A DNA stretch of 64,000 nucleotides. It comes from a virus. Where the stretch lies: IMG/VR virus record IMGVR_UViG_3300024324_000009, positions 64,001 through 128,000 of that record; one strand, written 5' to 3'. Both the position numbers and the translations under genes were made by a program. Of the stretch, positions 1 to 10,781 are shown piece after piece; positions within the stretch are counted from its first letter, which is position 1; every line of letters starts with the position of its first letter. Below the pieces are notes generated by a model. The model was given only the letters and a program-made list of their open reading frames with translations. It did no database searches and was not told the DNA's origin.

Positions 1-2
1 CG

Positions 3-983
3 ACACTAACCCCTGTGGTTATGTCGTCTACCACTGGAGAATTTGCTGTTTCTGCTAATCGTCAAGATGGAGACTTGTGTGCTCATTCTATTAGGATGGT
101 AGGGATAGGATGGCTACCTCCTGAAGACGACGAAGACGTTTTTATTGATAGTGCTCCAAATCGTCAGAAAAACTATTCAGACTACGATAATAGTTTTGTT
201 TCTAATAATTCTAGTAATAACAATGTTGTTCAAGACGGTGAAGGACAACTTACTTCTGATGAAACCTTCAGAGCATCTAACAATGCTAGATTTATGGGAT
301 TGAGAGGTCCGTTGATGTTACATAGTTGGGGATATGATTTAGACGGTTATCCTGTACCAAATGCTTCTGGTGATCCCAAGTACGATGAAGAAGGCAATAT
401 ACTAGTAGACGATGGTGGCAATCCCGTTTATAGCAATCAAAAACTTTTGTCAGATGGTACTTATTCTGCACCATTTGCTACTCAAGAGTTTGCAAAAAAT
501 TGGGCTAGTACTCCTAATACTTGGCCTGTAGGACCGATTGATTTAAGATGGAATGCTGCTGCTAAAGTGTGGACTGTTGGTGTAGAATATAGTGACGTAT
601 ATGTTGTTCTTGAGAACGATCTAAATGGGACTGATCCTGTTAGAGCAATCTTAAAAGATGCAGCAGACCACACTAATCCTTTGCCAGATGGTTTTAGGAA
701 GTTAGTTTTTGTACAAGACCCTAATGGAACTTTTTCAGCACCAAGAGGAACAACTTTGTATTCCAAATACAATGTTGACACAGGATACTATAATCCTATT
801 TACAATACTACTACTTTTACTTCTGGTATAGTAATCGGTAACGGTGCTGCGACAGTTATAGTTAGTGAAGCAGAATATGACGTAGGATATGAAAATCCTT
901 TAAACATAAATATTGCTGCGGGTAATCCTGCTATTTTTATGTTTATTAATGGACAATGGGTGATTCAATCAACATCGTGCTAA
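3..983 (+). CDS. C-terminal part of a large putative virion/tail protein (5' truncated by the window)
   Basis: Frame is open from position 3 (ACA CTA ACC CCT GTG), so it runs off the window. N/D/G/P-rich, contains WPVGPIDLRW, and lies directly upstream of the giant ORF. Confidence 0.55.
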   Translation, partial: TLTPVVMSSTTGEFAVSANRQDGDLCAHSIRMVGIGWLPPEDDEDVFIDSAPNRQKNYSDYDNSFVSNNSSNNNVVQDGEGQLTSDETFRASNNARFMGLRGPLMLHSWGYDLDGYPVPNASGDPKYDEEGNILVDDGGNPVYSNQKLLSDGTYSAPFATQEFAKNWASTPNTWPVGPIDLRWNAAAKVWTVGVEYSDVYVVLENDLNGTDPVRAILKDAADHTNPLPDGFRKLVFVQDPNGTFSAPRGTTLYSKYNVDTGYYNPIYNTTTFTSGIVIGNGAATVIVSEAEYDVGYENPLNINIAAGNPAIFMFINGQWVIQSTSC

Positions 984-992
984 GAGTAAAAT

Positions 993-3900
993 ATGAATAA
1001 TAAGTGTTGCAGAATAGTCAATGAAAATTCAGATCGTCCAATCGGTGATGACCCACTATACCTGTATCGTTTTGGGGAATGGCTTTGGAACCGCACATAC
1101 AATAATTTGGATAATGGACATACTCCACCGAGAGGTCATGCTGGATGGATGCCTATTATTATACGTGGTTATGAAGAAAACGTAGCTATTAGACCTTTAG
1201 CCCCTCCAAAAAATACAGGACTTGTAACTTTCGATCCGCTTAATTGTACAAATGATCAGTTTATTACCGATCCTACCAGAGTTGCGGACCCTAAATCTGC
1301 TTCTATAGATTGCCAATATTGTGAAGATTTTGGAAATGCTGTAGGATCACCTAGAGGCATTTCTCAATTAGGTGACGCTAAAAACAATAAAGTAAATACT
1401 GGTAATTACACTTGCTGCAATGGCAACTGTGACGTTAGGACTAATCAAATAGACGTAGATCATAATATTCCTTATGTTTTGCCACAGTATGTTGATCAAT
1501 GGGGAGACGATAAATATGAACTCAAGTGGCCCGATGTTTACAAAGGACTTAGCATAGAATGGGCCGCCTATCAAGGCAGAAAATGTGCATGGGAACTTCT
1601 ACCTACTATGGGTGAAATACCATATGATGCATCTACTAGTCAATACAACAATAAAAGAGACCATGAACTAGCCATAGAAAAAGCCAATATAGCTAACAGA
1701 ATGGCAGGAAACTTTATTGTATTTAAAATAGGTCCAAAAGCACAGTCCTATGATGATAGTGATGAGGCTATAGAGTGGTATAAAGATCAAATAAGGCCAT
1801 GTCTGGGAGAGTTTGGCTATATTAGCAACAGATTCAAAGATACTATTGATGTAGACCTACCAACTCCTGAAGAATTTACGGCTCCTTACGGCTTCAATGA
1901 TGGAACACAAGATAATGTCTTTATAGGAAGAAAGAAAAGAACTAGCTGGTGGAAATGGGATATCGAAGAGGCTCCTGTAGCTTGGTGTCTTAGACAAGAT
2001 AAAGATACTGTCTTAGGGACAGTTAACTATGTAACAGAAGAGGTTTTTAGTGAAGAACTTGGTCGAACAGAAGAAAGAATTACTCCGCAGTGGGATCATC
2101 AGTATTGGATACCTCCCGGTGATATATGGGTTGCTAAAATAGAACCAGACGAACCTCGAAACACCATGAGAGACGGCAAGACTGAGCAAGACGGCCAGCA
2201 GCGTTGTCCTTCCGGTGTCAAATTCATGGAGAGTGGCAATATGTATGTTTTGCCACACGATAGTTATGCTGTATATATTTCTTGTAATATGTATGAAAGA
2301 TTTTATGACGCTTATCAGTCTATAAAAGAAATTCCTACAATCAGACCCGAAGAAAGAATTTGGCAGGCAATGTACGCTGCTACCCATCCTTTAATAGACA
2401 AGGTAACTGTAGACTTACACAAGCCTTATACAATTAATACTGAAATAAAAGAGTACTTTAGTCCGGTAGATGACACAGCTACTCCTGTTAGCAGCGAAAG
2501 AACACAGCTGGGTAATTTTGCTAATCCTTACTATCAATTTATGAACTGGTTTGATAAAAAGTATATGACTAGTAGCAATCTTAATTTAATAGATAGTGAT
2601 ACGGACTTATGGAATACTCTAGTTTCTAAGTATGGTAGTTTTTACGATTCGTATCCAAGTCAATTTATAAAAGACATAACATTTGACAATCAAACACTAC
2701 CTGCGAATACACACTTAGGTGTAGACCTTGTGTACGACTTTCTTGTTGAGTCAGAAAGCGAATTAATACAAGGAAGAAGAAATCAACCTGATGTGCCAAA
2801 CTATCAAAACATGACAAATGCTGGCATAAATAGTACCTTTCAAGTAGGAGGATACACAGGAGCATCTATTGAGATCAATAGTCATTTTATAGAAAGAAAC
2901 AAACTGATTCCTGCAAATTTAGAAGAAGATGGAGTATGCCACAAATTAAGCAACCCCGCATTATTTTCTGATTGGAGAGCATTTAACGATAGTGTTTACA
3001 GAAGTGAATATTTACAGTCTGGGTGGCTATCATACGAAACTTACTATATAAGAAATGGAAACGGTACGAACAACCCTGAAACATACTGTCGTGAATGTGA
3101 TGAATATTCTAGTTATGCCAACTATGCTACAAGCAAATGTACAGAAGTTCAAAATTGTTTTTGCGATGAAGAAAGAGCAGTAGATGCTGGGCCGTGTTCA
3201 GGACAGGCTAAAAACATTGAAGATTGGACAATAAGAGACACTAGATACTATCCTGTTATAAACGATCCTAAAGCTACGCCTATATCTGTGGCTTTCCATG
3301 CTAATGGAGGTATATTTTATAGAGGTGCAAGTGATTCCGGTATAGTAAGATTCGGTGATCAGAACAGTAATATAGGAGAAAGAAAATTTAGGATCACCTT
3401 GGAAATGGAGAGTTTCGGTACTGATGCTGGTCGGACTTCTCCATTGGGTCTTAGGGTATATGCTTGTGATCTGTATGCATTACAGAGTAGTAGTCCAGAG
3501 ACATACCTTTGTCAGAGATTCCCTATAGTTGGACAACTACAAACTCCTACAATCAATACTGACAATGAGTGGCCTATACAAACTTCTCCAGCACAAGGTG
3601 GAAGATGGGAAACTCAACCAGCATATCTTCCGGGGTTAAGCACTAAATATGCTCCTAGCTTAAAAAAATATGGAGGCTTCAATAAAAAGGAAATAGAAGA
3701 AATGTTTCCCTATGGCTATGAGCAAATGGAAGACTACGAAAAAGAAGATAAAGTAGTTAAAGAAACGGTATATAATTATGATTCTAATAAGCCTTTTGGT
3801 TGCGGAAGTAGTGACTCAATGACATTTAAAAATTATGTTGAGACTAACTATGATTTAGAAATACAGACAGCCAGAGGATTGATGGATCATACTATATCTA

Positions 3901-6900
3901 TTTCTGAAGGAGGAACATTTACCGGAAGCAGAACAAAAGAAGACCCATTTGAACCATTAGATGTAGTTGTAAACGAAGACTATAAAAGATTTAAAACCTA
4001 TGTTCAGTATGGTCGGTCTAGTTTAAAAGACGAGAACGGCTATCTACTTAGTGCTGATTCGGATGGTGTCGCATGGGATGGAGGAGGAAATTGGACTTTA
4101 GATTGGATACCAGAAAACTCTAAAGGCAACACATATAATCTATCCGTTAGGTTAGCAAATCCATATTTGAGTAAGCTATTAGACACTGTGGGACACGAAG
4201 GAAATAGAAAATATTACCCGCCTGCATCAAACCCGAGAGCATGGTATGACAACCTAGATTACCTTGGAGGAACTTATGGCTATTGCGACAATCCAGACCA
4301 GTGGTATGATTATGGAGATCAAACTTCTAGGGTTACTGTCGTTGTTAGAGCAACACCTAAGCCTGTTACAGCTAAATTTGCTATGTTCCCACCTTCTCCT
4401 GTAGAATGTTTTGATAGGGTTCAGTTTACTAAAGACGGTCAAGTAAAACCCACTGATGACAAAGGCGTTATTCCTACATCTTACAAAAATCAATTACGAA
4501 GATCGGCTGGTCGATCATTATTACCCAAGTTGACTTTTAACAATATAGTCGATTGGGACAGTGGCCCTTTACCTTATGATCTAAGTGAATCTTTTCTAAT
4601 TAATGAAAAACAATCCAAGTCTCTGTCTTCATTATTTAGAAAAGTAAAAAACTTTACTGAAAACCGTAAATTTAAGATTGTTCTAGCAACTAGAGATGGT
4701 AAATTTTTCCAACTAGATGGCCTTCCAACTAGATATGAATCACAGAAAAAAACTTACGAAGGTTTTGGTCACTTTGTTCAAGTAGTTCGTGACGGCTCTG
4801 ATTATAATACATATTTACCCGGAGCGATACCTTTAGTGCAAAAGAAAACACTGGAAGATGTTACATGGGTGACAAAACCTAACACAAGGTTTACTGCAAA
4901 AATTAACAATACTTTAGAAAACTTTGATCCTAATTGGCCTCTTAATCTTAGGCTAACCACAGGCTATAGAATAGACCCTGTAAACAATACGTTAACATTC
5001 GCCGGAACAAGAATGTTTTTTGCTCTGTTTCCTAAAGTAGAAATTATTACTTTGCCTAGTCCTAGTGATGATATGGAAAACAATCCTCCTGTTGGCAGCA
5101 TAGTTAATTTTTTAAGAGGACCAGTAGGAACTTATTACAAATACGCAGATGCAGACGAAGCACCTTTTTCGTCTAAGTACGTTGTCTTTAATCCTAATGA
5201 TTATACATGGCAAAGATATTCTGATCTGCACTACGACTTTAACAATACTAGTTATATAGGATATGTTTATAACTCAATATTAAAAATCAACCCAATTACA
5301 TTCTATTTCTATCGTGACCCTCTGGGAGACAGAACTAAACAAGCAGAAGCAATTTGTACAGAAATGAGATTGAAGTCTTATTTGGTGGATGCTAGAGGTA
5401 AAAGGGTTTTTCCCGGTACTTTAAATGATCCTTGTATAGATTTATGTACAGACGGTGGGATAACTTTCATAAGAACAGAAACAGAATTAAAGTTTAAAAA
5501 TAATTTAAATGTTGATTGGTATGAGATAGATGATTTAAAAACTGAAATTTTATCTTCACATATCTATAAGCCAGAATGCGTAAATAACGAGAAAGATAGT
5601 TTTCTTAGCAACCGAAAGTATAGGTCTAAGTGGTCTGATCTTAAGGGTTTTGACGGAATTATTCTTGATCACAGCGAAGAAGAACAGTATGCTAGTAAAT
5701 ACTACCCTCCTACTAGATATGACAATGTATTTTATAAGATGCTTGTTGACAATGATAATCAGTCAGAAATACCTACTTCTAGAGGTGAAGAGAGACACCA
5801 CTCTATTGTACCATACGGAAACAAAGGCTCTGCTCCTTTCCGTTTCAACATACATCAAAAATACAATGTAGACTACGGAAATGATTTGGTCAACTCAGCA
5901 GAGATTAGTGGAGTACATAATTATTTCCCTTTCATGGACATCAATGATAAGGATTGGGGTTTAGGATATACCCCTGTAGATAAATTCTTTGTCCCAGAGG
6001 TTATAGAGCAAGATTTTGATGGACTAGTTGAGCCTAATCTTACAGAGGTAAAACAAGGGGCTCTTGGAGAATATCAAAGAACTAGACCCGATAAACAAAT
6101 TATATTAACTATTCCTGCTGATGCAACATTCACACAAACTATAGAATTTGCTACAAAAGCTGATACATATGTAATCTCAGATACTTTAAGAGCAGATACT
6201 CCGTTGTTTTATTTAGGAGAGATAGAGCAAGAAGATACAGAAAACTGTCCGGGTGATCTCGACATCCTTAAACCAGACCCATATCAAGGCAGAAACTATG
6301 GTAAAAATTTTGGAGGCACACTTGATATAGGCAGGCCTTATGATATAAGAAAAGGCACAATGCCTTTAGAGAACTGGAAACCAAAAAGTGCTTTTGCTAG
6401 ATGGACTAGATACTGCGATATTGATGAAGAAACTTGTGAAACTCAAAAGTGTATCACTTCAGGTCGTGGGTCAACAGAACTATATGGGGTTTACAAAATG
6501 TCAAACCCTACGAAACTAACTTATAGAGAACTTGCTGGTCAAGACTTCCTTGCTTTTATATCTTACAATGCTGGAATAGTTAATGGCATGAATGGTGTTA
6601 GGCCTCCAAAAATTTTAAGGTCTATACATAGTAAACAAGAAAACCCAGCCATAAAAAATGATATACTGTACTCTAAAGACAATACAGACCTTTGTAACGA
6701 CAGAGTAGTTCTACCTCCAGAATATCAATATCCTGATTGGGATACACAGGTTAACTCTACATTTTTGCAAGGAGTAAAAGATTTAGAAAAACTAAGTCTA
6801 ACATACGAACCTGCTGAACAACTAATAAAATCAGACCTGCTTGCTGAAGAGATGGTGTTTAGGGCTTTGTACGGAGAAAAAGAATTTGTCAATCGTACAT

Positions 6901-9900
6901 CTTTTAATGGGGACACTCTTTTAACTGCTGATCAAATCTTAAATTATGTAGACCCACAAATTGATGTAGACGAAATGCACAAGCAGATTTTATGGAGTTA
7001 CGACAGAGGAAGCAACAGCGATGTTAGTAGAGTGCAAACACAACACACATTTGGTGTTAATTCTAGATTAAGAGTGGGAGATAGAGCATCAGTTACATGG
7101 GGAGGAGTAAAAGTTGAAGCCGATATTACAGAAAACTCTACTAATACTTGGGAGGGAAGAGTTCTTAATTTAACTATAGAGTCATCACAAGGAACACAAA
7201 ATTATAGCGTTCCTATTTTTATGAGTAATGTAGTTTTTTCTGACATGATCAATGTTCTTGCAGGAGGAGAAGCCCCAACAGTTGATGATAATTCTACTAT
7301 TACATTAGTAGAACAAGGAGCCATAGTTCAACCAGAAAGAAAAACTAGAGTTGTTGATTGCTACAATGGTCAATGTTGCTTTGATCTTGAAGATAATCTT
7401 GGTATTGGAGGCGGCGACTATCAAAAGATTTTATTAACGGAATGCAAAAATATGGGGACTTGGAAATATTTTCTTTTACAAGTTCCGCGTCTACAAAGAT
7501 ACAACTGGAATGACACTTTTAATGTTTGTGAGCCAGATAACTTTATATACGGTCCTGATACATCTGCTTGTAAACCTTACAAATATGGATATTGTAATTT
7601 AACTCCAGAAGAATGTCCTCCTTGTACTGGCGAGCACCCTCCAGAAGAACTTGTTCTTGTAGAGAGTTTGGACAAAGACTATTACGTTACAGAAAACAAA
7701 TGGATTAATAATTATTTAGACACTGATGTAGAGAGATTTACTTATGATTACAAAAGTTGTAGAAACACTATAAGAAGCAATGGACATCTTTACAGACATA
7801 ACTACGAATATGCTGAACAGAAATTTTTTAGATTTGATCTTGCAGCTGAATTTAATGCTGCTGAATATAGATTAGCTATCGCCAATATAGATTGTTTTAA
7901 TTGCGGAGGTGGAGGTTGTCATTGTAGTGATCCGGGTACTGCAAATCGCCCCGGCACCTGCGTTGGGGTATGCGACTATCAACTAGAGGTTACGAGCAAC
8001 GATGAAGGACCGTGTAATACAAAATGCAAATATTCAGAACCTCGTGTTTCACTTGGCAGTGAGTGTTTTTGTAATGGTGCACCTGCATGTCCAAACGGCT
8101 CTGATCCTGATGGTTGCTACCCTTATGGATCAAGTGCTTGCCCTATAAGGTTCTCTCATCCTACTACTTTGACTCCAAACGAAGCCTGTGATAAGGCTTT
8201 CGCATTAGTACAATACGATACTTCATACTGGGGTTATTATGGATACGATTCTGCTGGTCAGCCGAGAGGTTGTGGAAGAGCTTGCTATCCTAGAGGAGAT
8301 TGCGATACTACTTATTTTTGTTTTATACAAGATTGTGAAAAATGCCCACAGTCTAATATGGGAGCAGCAGAATGTTACGACTCGCCACCCGGCCCTCCCG
8401 TTTGGAACTCCGAAGGTTATACATGGGGACGAACAGTTGTAGCCCCTTATGTCTCTTCTTGTGGAATAAGAGGTCAGGGTTTTACTGCTACTCCTTCCAA
8501 CGGCACCACTTGCTCCAGCGACAACTGTCCAGATTATTCTCAAACAGACGTATTTGAAACTAAAACAGTTTGGGAGTACAGTGAACCAGAAGTCGCTTAC
8601 GACACATACTTAAAAGACACTAAATATGGTGGCGGCAATAATAGAATTTGTAATTCAGGATCACAACCCGACTGTGTAACAACCCTGTTTTCTGTGACAC
8701 TAGACAACGATCAAGTACGAGTAAATTTTCCAAGTGGTGATATAGCATGGGCTAGTCAAGGAGGAATTGGTAGTAATGCGTGTGTAGGGCCAAGTCTTGA
8801 AACCACTAATGTGTCGTTGTGTACAGACACTAATTACCGTATAAGTGAAAGTAATTCAAACTTAGAAGTGAATATCTCTGACAATCTTGGCTATATATCT
8901 AACTATAGTAAAACCGATACTGTTGGATGCACAAATAATGTTAAAATAAATATGCCTCCACAAAGTCAAGAATGGGCCGTTAGAGACATAGACGGTCAGT
9001 GTATGGTTGGACACTGGATGGGTCAACATATTAATGAAAGTTTGGTTATCTCGCAAGGACAGAATGCATATGTTGTTTGTCAATCCAATCAGATCGCTGG
9101 ATCAGCTTGTGTTGGAAGATTGGAAATAGCAAATGCGGGTAGTACTTTTAATAGTCCTCCGGGTGGTGAGTGTCCCGAAGAAAAGGCTGAAGCAAGAGTA
9201 TATGGTGTTTGTGAAGGAACTCTAAGCGGTCCAGACTGTAACTCACCAGATGAATGTTCTTGGGGGGAAAGTAGTTGGTTTGAAGAACTAGAAGTATTAC
9301 ACAATGAATATAGAAAGAGATACAATAATGCTAATAGGAGCATACCAACGGAAAATATTATAGAAGGCTTGATTCCGGGCAGTGTCGGACCTTTACTGAC
9401 AAAGACATATCAAATCCCAGAAGGCACAGTAACTAGAGCAAATAAGGGGCCTTATGGAGTAACAACAGAAGATATGTATGCGTATGTTACTGTTGCATAC
9501 TATGACTATAAGTATAGAGCACCGCACAACCTAGATGATACGATCACCGAAACAAGACAGGCACAGGTCGCAGAACAAAACGGAACGGACTCTGTAACTG
9601 CTAGTTGCTACAAAGGTAGGCCTTTTACCAACGATCCAGCATTACAGACGTTGGACCCATTGAGAGGTTATTTTTATCATTGTAATGAGAGCAATACAGG
9701 AGACTGTGGAGAAGGAATTGGCTTTCCTTGGTATATTAGAGGAAGTTGGACATTTATGCCAAGTAGGTTAGCTTACAGATGTATAAACAGGGGTGTTGCG
9801 TATCCTAATTGGTATACTCCAGCAGTTTCACCCCATGGTTGTCGCCCTCAATTCGATGAAAGGTACGGTAGATATGACACTCCACCAACCAATTTTATGA

Positions 9901-10085
9901 GTACCACTCCAACTGTAGAAAGAAAGGCTTGCCAAGGAACATATAGTTGTTATTATAATGATAAACAATGGCCTGCTGGAGAAAATGACTATTATGGCCT
10001 CGCTGGACAAGGAACATTTCTACAATGCCATAAATTTTTAGGCAAGTTTTGGGTATATGACTATTTTAATGAATCACCAATATAG
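993..10085 (+). CDS. Giant (3030 aa) cysteine-rich putative virion/tail-associated protein
   Basis: Uninterrupted 9.1-kb ORF. Cys clusters at the N-terminus and from ~7350 to the end, rich in Y/W/G/P/N/D, with no enzyme motif. The structural role is inferred from size and context. Confidence 0.6.
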   Translation: MNNKCCRIVNENSDRPIGDDPLYLYRFGEWLWNRTYNNLDNGHTPPRGHAGWMPIIIRGYEENVAIRPLAPPKNTGLVTFDPLNCTNDQFITDPTRVADPKSASIDCQYCEDFGNAVGSPRGISQLGDAKNNKVNTGNYTCCNGNCDVRTNQIDVDHNIPYVLPQYVDQWGDDKYELKWPDVYKGLSIEWAAYQGRKCAWELLPTMGEIPYDASTSQYNNKRDHELAIEKANIANRMAGNFIVFKIGPKAQSYDDSDEAIEWYKDQIRPCLGEFGYISNRFKDTIDVDLPTPEEFTAPYGFNDGTQDNVFIGRKKRTSWWKWDIEEAPVAWCLRQDKDTVLGTVNYVTEEVFSEELGRTEERITPQWDHQYWIPPGDIWVAKIEPDEPRNTMRDGKTEQDGQQRCPSGVKFMESGNMYVLPHDSYAVYISCNMYERFYDAYQSIKEIPTIRPEERIWQAMYAATHPLIDKVTVDLHKPYTINTEIKEYFSPVDDTATPVSSERTQLGNFANPYYQFMNWFDKKYMTSSNLNLIDSDTDLWNTLVSKYGSFYDSYPSQFIKDITFDNQTLPANTHLGVDLVYDFLVESESELIQGRRNQPDVPNYQNMTNAGINSTFQVGGYTGASIEINSHFIERNKLIPANLEEDGVCHKLSNPALFSDWRAFNDSVYRSEYLQSGWLSYETYYIRNGNGTNNPETYCRECDEYSSYANYATSKCTEVQNCFCDEERAVDAGPCSGQAKNIEDWTIRDTRYYPVINDPKATPISVAFHANGGIFYRGASDSGIVRFGDQNSNIGERKFRITLEMESFGTDAGRTSPLGLRVYACDLYALQSSSPETYLCQRFPIVGQLQTPTINTDNEWPIQTSPAQGGRWETQPAYLPGLSTKYAPSLKKYGGFNKKEIEEMFPYGYEQMEDYEKEDKVVKETVYNYDSNKPFGCGSSDSMTFKNYVETNYDLEIQTARGLMDHTISISEGGTFTGSRTKEDPFEPLDVVVNEDYKRFKTYVQYGRSSLKDENGYLLSADSDGVAWDGGGNWTLDWIPENSKGNTYNLSVRLANPYLSKLLDTVGHEGNRKYYPPASNPRAWYDNLDYLGGTYGYCDNPDQWYDYGDQTSRVTVVVRATPKPVTAKFAMFPPSPVECFDRVQFTKDGQVKPTDDKGVIPTSYKNQLRRSAGRSLLPKLTFNNIVDWDSGPLPYDLSESFLINEKQSKSLSSLFRKVKNFTENRKFKIVLATRDGKFFQLDGLPTRYESQKKTYEGFGHFVQVVRDGSDYNTYLPGAIPLVQKKTLEDVTWVTKPNTRFTAKINNTLENFDPNWPLNLRLTTGYRIDPVNNTLTFAGTRMFFALFPKVEIITLPSPSDDMENNPPVGSIVNFLRGPVGTYYKYADADEAPFSSKYVVFNPNDYTWQRYSDLHYDFNNTSYIGYVYNSILKINPITFYFYRDPLGDRTKQAEAICTEMRLKSYLVDARGKRVFPGTLNDPCIDLCTDGGITFIRTETELKFKNNLNVDWYEIDDLKTEILSSHIYKPECVNNEKDSFLSNRKYRSKWSDLKGFDGIILDHSEEEQYASKYYPPTRYDNVFYKMLVDNDNQSEIPTSRGEERHHSIVPYGNKGSAPFRFNIHQKYNVDYGNDLVNSAEISGVHNYFPFMDINDKDWGLGYTPVDKFFVPEVIEQDFDGLVEPNLTEVKQGALGEYQRTRPDKQIILTIPADATFTQTIEFATKADTYVISDTLRADTPLFYLGEIEQEDTENCPGDLDILKPDPYQGRNYGKNFGGTLDIGRPYDIRKGTMPLENWKPKSAFARWTRYCDIDEETCETQKCITSGRGSTELYGVYKMSNPTKLTYRELAGQDFLAFISYNAGIVNGMNGVRPPKILRSIHSKQENPAIKNDILYSKDNTDLCNDRVVLPPEYQYPDWDTQVNSTFLQGVKDLEKLSLTYEPAEQLIKSDLLAEEMVFRALYGEKEFVNRTSFNGDTLLTADQILNYVDPQIDVDEMHKQILWSYDRGSNSDVSRVQTQHTFGVNSRLRVGDRASVTWGGVKVEADITENSTNTWEGRVLNLTIESSQGTQNYSVPIFMSNVVFSDMINVLAGGEAPTVDDNSTITLVEQGAIVQPERKTRVVDCYNGQCCFDLEDNLGIGGGDYQKILLTECKNMGTWKYFLLQVPRLQRYNWNDTFNVCEPDNFIYGPDTSACKPYKYGYCNLTPEECPPCTGEHPPEELVLVESLDKDYYVTENKWINNYLDTDVERFTYDYKSCRNTIRSNGHLYRHNYEYAEQKFFRFDLAAEFNAAEYRLAIANIDCFNCGGGGCHCSDPGTANRPGTCVGVCDYQLEVTSNDEGPCNTKCKYSEPRVSLGSECFCNGAPACPNGSDPDGCYPYGSSACPIRFSHPTTLTPNEACDKAFALVQYDTSYWGYYGYDSAGQPRGCGRACYPRGDCDTTYFCFIQDCEKCPQSNMGAAECYDSPPGPPVWNSEGYTWGRTVVAPYVSSCGIRGQGFTATPSNGTTCSSDNCPDYSQTDVFETKTVWEYSEPEVAYDTYLKDTKYGGGNNRICNSGSQPDCVTTLFSVTLDNDQVRVNFPSGDIAWASQGGIGSNACVGPSLETTNVSLCTDTNYRISESNSNLEVNISDNLGYISNYSKTDTVGCTNNVKINMPPQSQEWAVRDIDGQCMVGHWMGQHINESLVISQGQNAYVVCQSNQIAGSACVGRLEIANAGSTFNSPPGGECPEEKAEARVYGVCEGTLSGPDCNSPDECSWGESSWFEELEVLHNEYRKRYNNANRSIPTENIIEGLIPGSVGPLLTKTYQIPEGTVTRANKGPYGVTTEDMYAYVTVAYYDYKYRAPHNLDDTITETRQAQVAEQNGTDSVTASCYKGRPFTNDPALQTLDPLRGYFYHCNESNTGDCGEGIGFPWYIRGSWTFMPSRLAYRCINRGVAYPNWYTPAVSPHGCRPQFDERYGRYDTPPTNFMSTTPTVERKACQGTYSCYYNDKQWPAGENDYYGLAGQGTFLQCHKFLGKFWVYDYFNESPI

Positions 10086-10100
10086 GACGAAGGAGAGAAC

Positions 10101-10781
10101 ATGCACTGTAAACTAATACCAATAAAAGGGAAATTTTTTAGAGGTAAGCCCGTATACAGTTGCTCATCTTGTGGTTTAACTTTAGGTTTAGAAGACCCGA
10201 ACACTAAAGTCTTATGCAAGGTAGAAGCAGCAAAATCAGACGTTACTGAACTTTTAACAAAAAGAATGTATCATCGTGAAGATAAAGTTGATGCTAATAA
10301 TTTACTGGGAGACAAACCTGTTGAACTTCATAAAGGTATGAGCCTTCGTGACAAAGTAGCTGCTATTTATAAAGACAGACTTATAAATAATGCAAAGCAG
10401 GATGGCAGAATAGCAGATAATAAAGACAATACGGTTGCATATGAAGTTCTTAATCAACAAGCACAGGACTATGCTGAAAATTACATAGCAGAAAAATCAC
10501 AACCGTTTAAAGAGGAACTTAGCGAAGAAGATAAAAAGAAACTAATGTGTACCCAAGAAGAAATAAATCAACGCTTAAGCATTTGTGAAACTTGTGAATA
10601 CTACGAAAATAATACATGTTTACAGTGCGGTTGTGCCATTAGTAGAGCATCAATACATTCTAATAAGTTAGCATTTAGAAATAAAAGCTGTCCTGTAAAT
10701 AAATGGGGGCCAATTCAAATACCAGTAAACGGAGATGAAAGTACTTCAGACGGCTCTGGCTCTGGCTCTGGTTCTGGTTGA
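10101..10781 (+). CDS. Cys/Zn-binding protein with C-terminal DUF6171-like domain
   Basis: AGGAG RBS. N-terminal HC...CSSCG...LC and C-terminal RLSICETCEYY..TCLQCGC..K..SCPVNKW. Confidence 0.6.
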   Translation: MHCKLIPIKGKFFRGKPVYSCSSCGLTLGLEDPNTKVLCKVEAAKSDVTELLTKRMYHREDKVDANNLLGDKPVELHKGMSLRDKVAAIYKDRLINNAKQDGRIADNKDNTVAYEVLNQQAQDYAENYIAEKSQPFKEELSEEDKKKLMCTQEEINQRLSICETCEYYENNTCLQCGCAISRASIHSNKLAFRNKSCPVNKWGPIQIPVNGDESTSDGSGSGSGSG

